Notes under the pieces: generated by a model
Seen by the model: only the letters and a program-made list of their open reading frames with translations
Database searches by the model: none
What the model was told of the DNA's origin: nothing
Assembly: GCF_002113885.1 (NCBI RefSeq)
Contig: NW_018480060.1
Coordinates: 207,496-271,495, forward strand
DNA length: 64,000 bases
From: Mizuhopecten yessoensis
Taxonomy: Eukaryota
Direction of reading: 5' to 3'
Made by a program: the position numbers and the translations under genes
Shown: piece by piece, positions 63,598-64,000 of the stretch
Position numbering within the stretch: the stretch's first letter is position 1
How the letters are laid out: every line of letters begins with the position of its first letter

Positions 63598-64000
63598 GTA
63601 TGTATAATGGTGTTGTATAATATCTCATTTGTCAAAACCATGTTTTAGTTACAAAGTTTTTTAGGTGATAAATACAATATATCCTGTCTTATATAGACAG
63701 AGAAATCTCAGCCAGTGGGTAAGATTTTTCAAGTTTAGCACCAGACCTTGCCGAGAGTCAAACTTCTAAAACTTTCATTCTGACGGTCTGATTAAAAGCT
63801 ATTGTATCAGCATGGAAGGAAAGAATTATGAGTACAAAACCAAAGCATCTTTATTTCTTCTTTGAAAATGCCAAAAAAAGCCTGTGCATTGATGCTGGAA
63901 GAATGTAAAAACACTGATTGTATTTATCATTGTAGCATTGGGACGTGTTTGTAAATGTTTCTGAAGTGTTCATCCTGGTTCCCGCCCTGCTCGGATTGAA

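Overview
AT-rich, intron-containing animal DNA, probably a bivalve mollusc (inferred from Helentron-HINE, SINE and CR1-type repeat styles, not confirmed), from a gapped draft assembly. Four spliced genes could be reconstructed by hand with consistent GT-AG phases: a KLHDC8-like kelch gene (-, 16069-28135), a BTB-BACK-kelch KLHL gene (+, 36322-45905), NOPCHAP1/C12orf45 (-, 52257-60741) and the first coding exon of an SLC41 Mg2+ transporter (+, 63172-63597). About 20 kb is locus-specific minisatellite, mostly intronic, with MITEs, SINE/LINE fragments and HINEs. Main points: (1) a ~190-copy intronic array built from the KLHDC8 exon end plus its own splice donor, where the first extra copy is in frame; (2) an unassigned ~345-nt GC-rich, densely base-paired element at 33730-34100 with Pol III type-3-like signals; (3) a minimal Penelope-type hammerhead ribozyme inside a (TA)n tract; (4) two insertions flanked by very long (52-55 and 96 bp) duplications; (5) a head-to-head NOPCHAP1-SLC41 pair as recalled for human 12q23. 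Most ORFs in the supplied track are repeat or gap artefacts.
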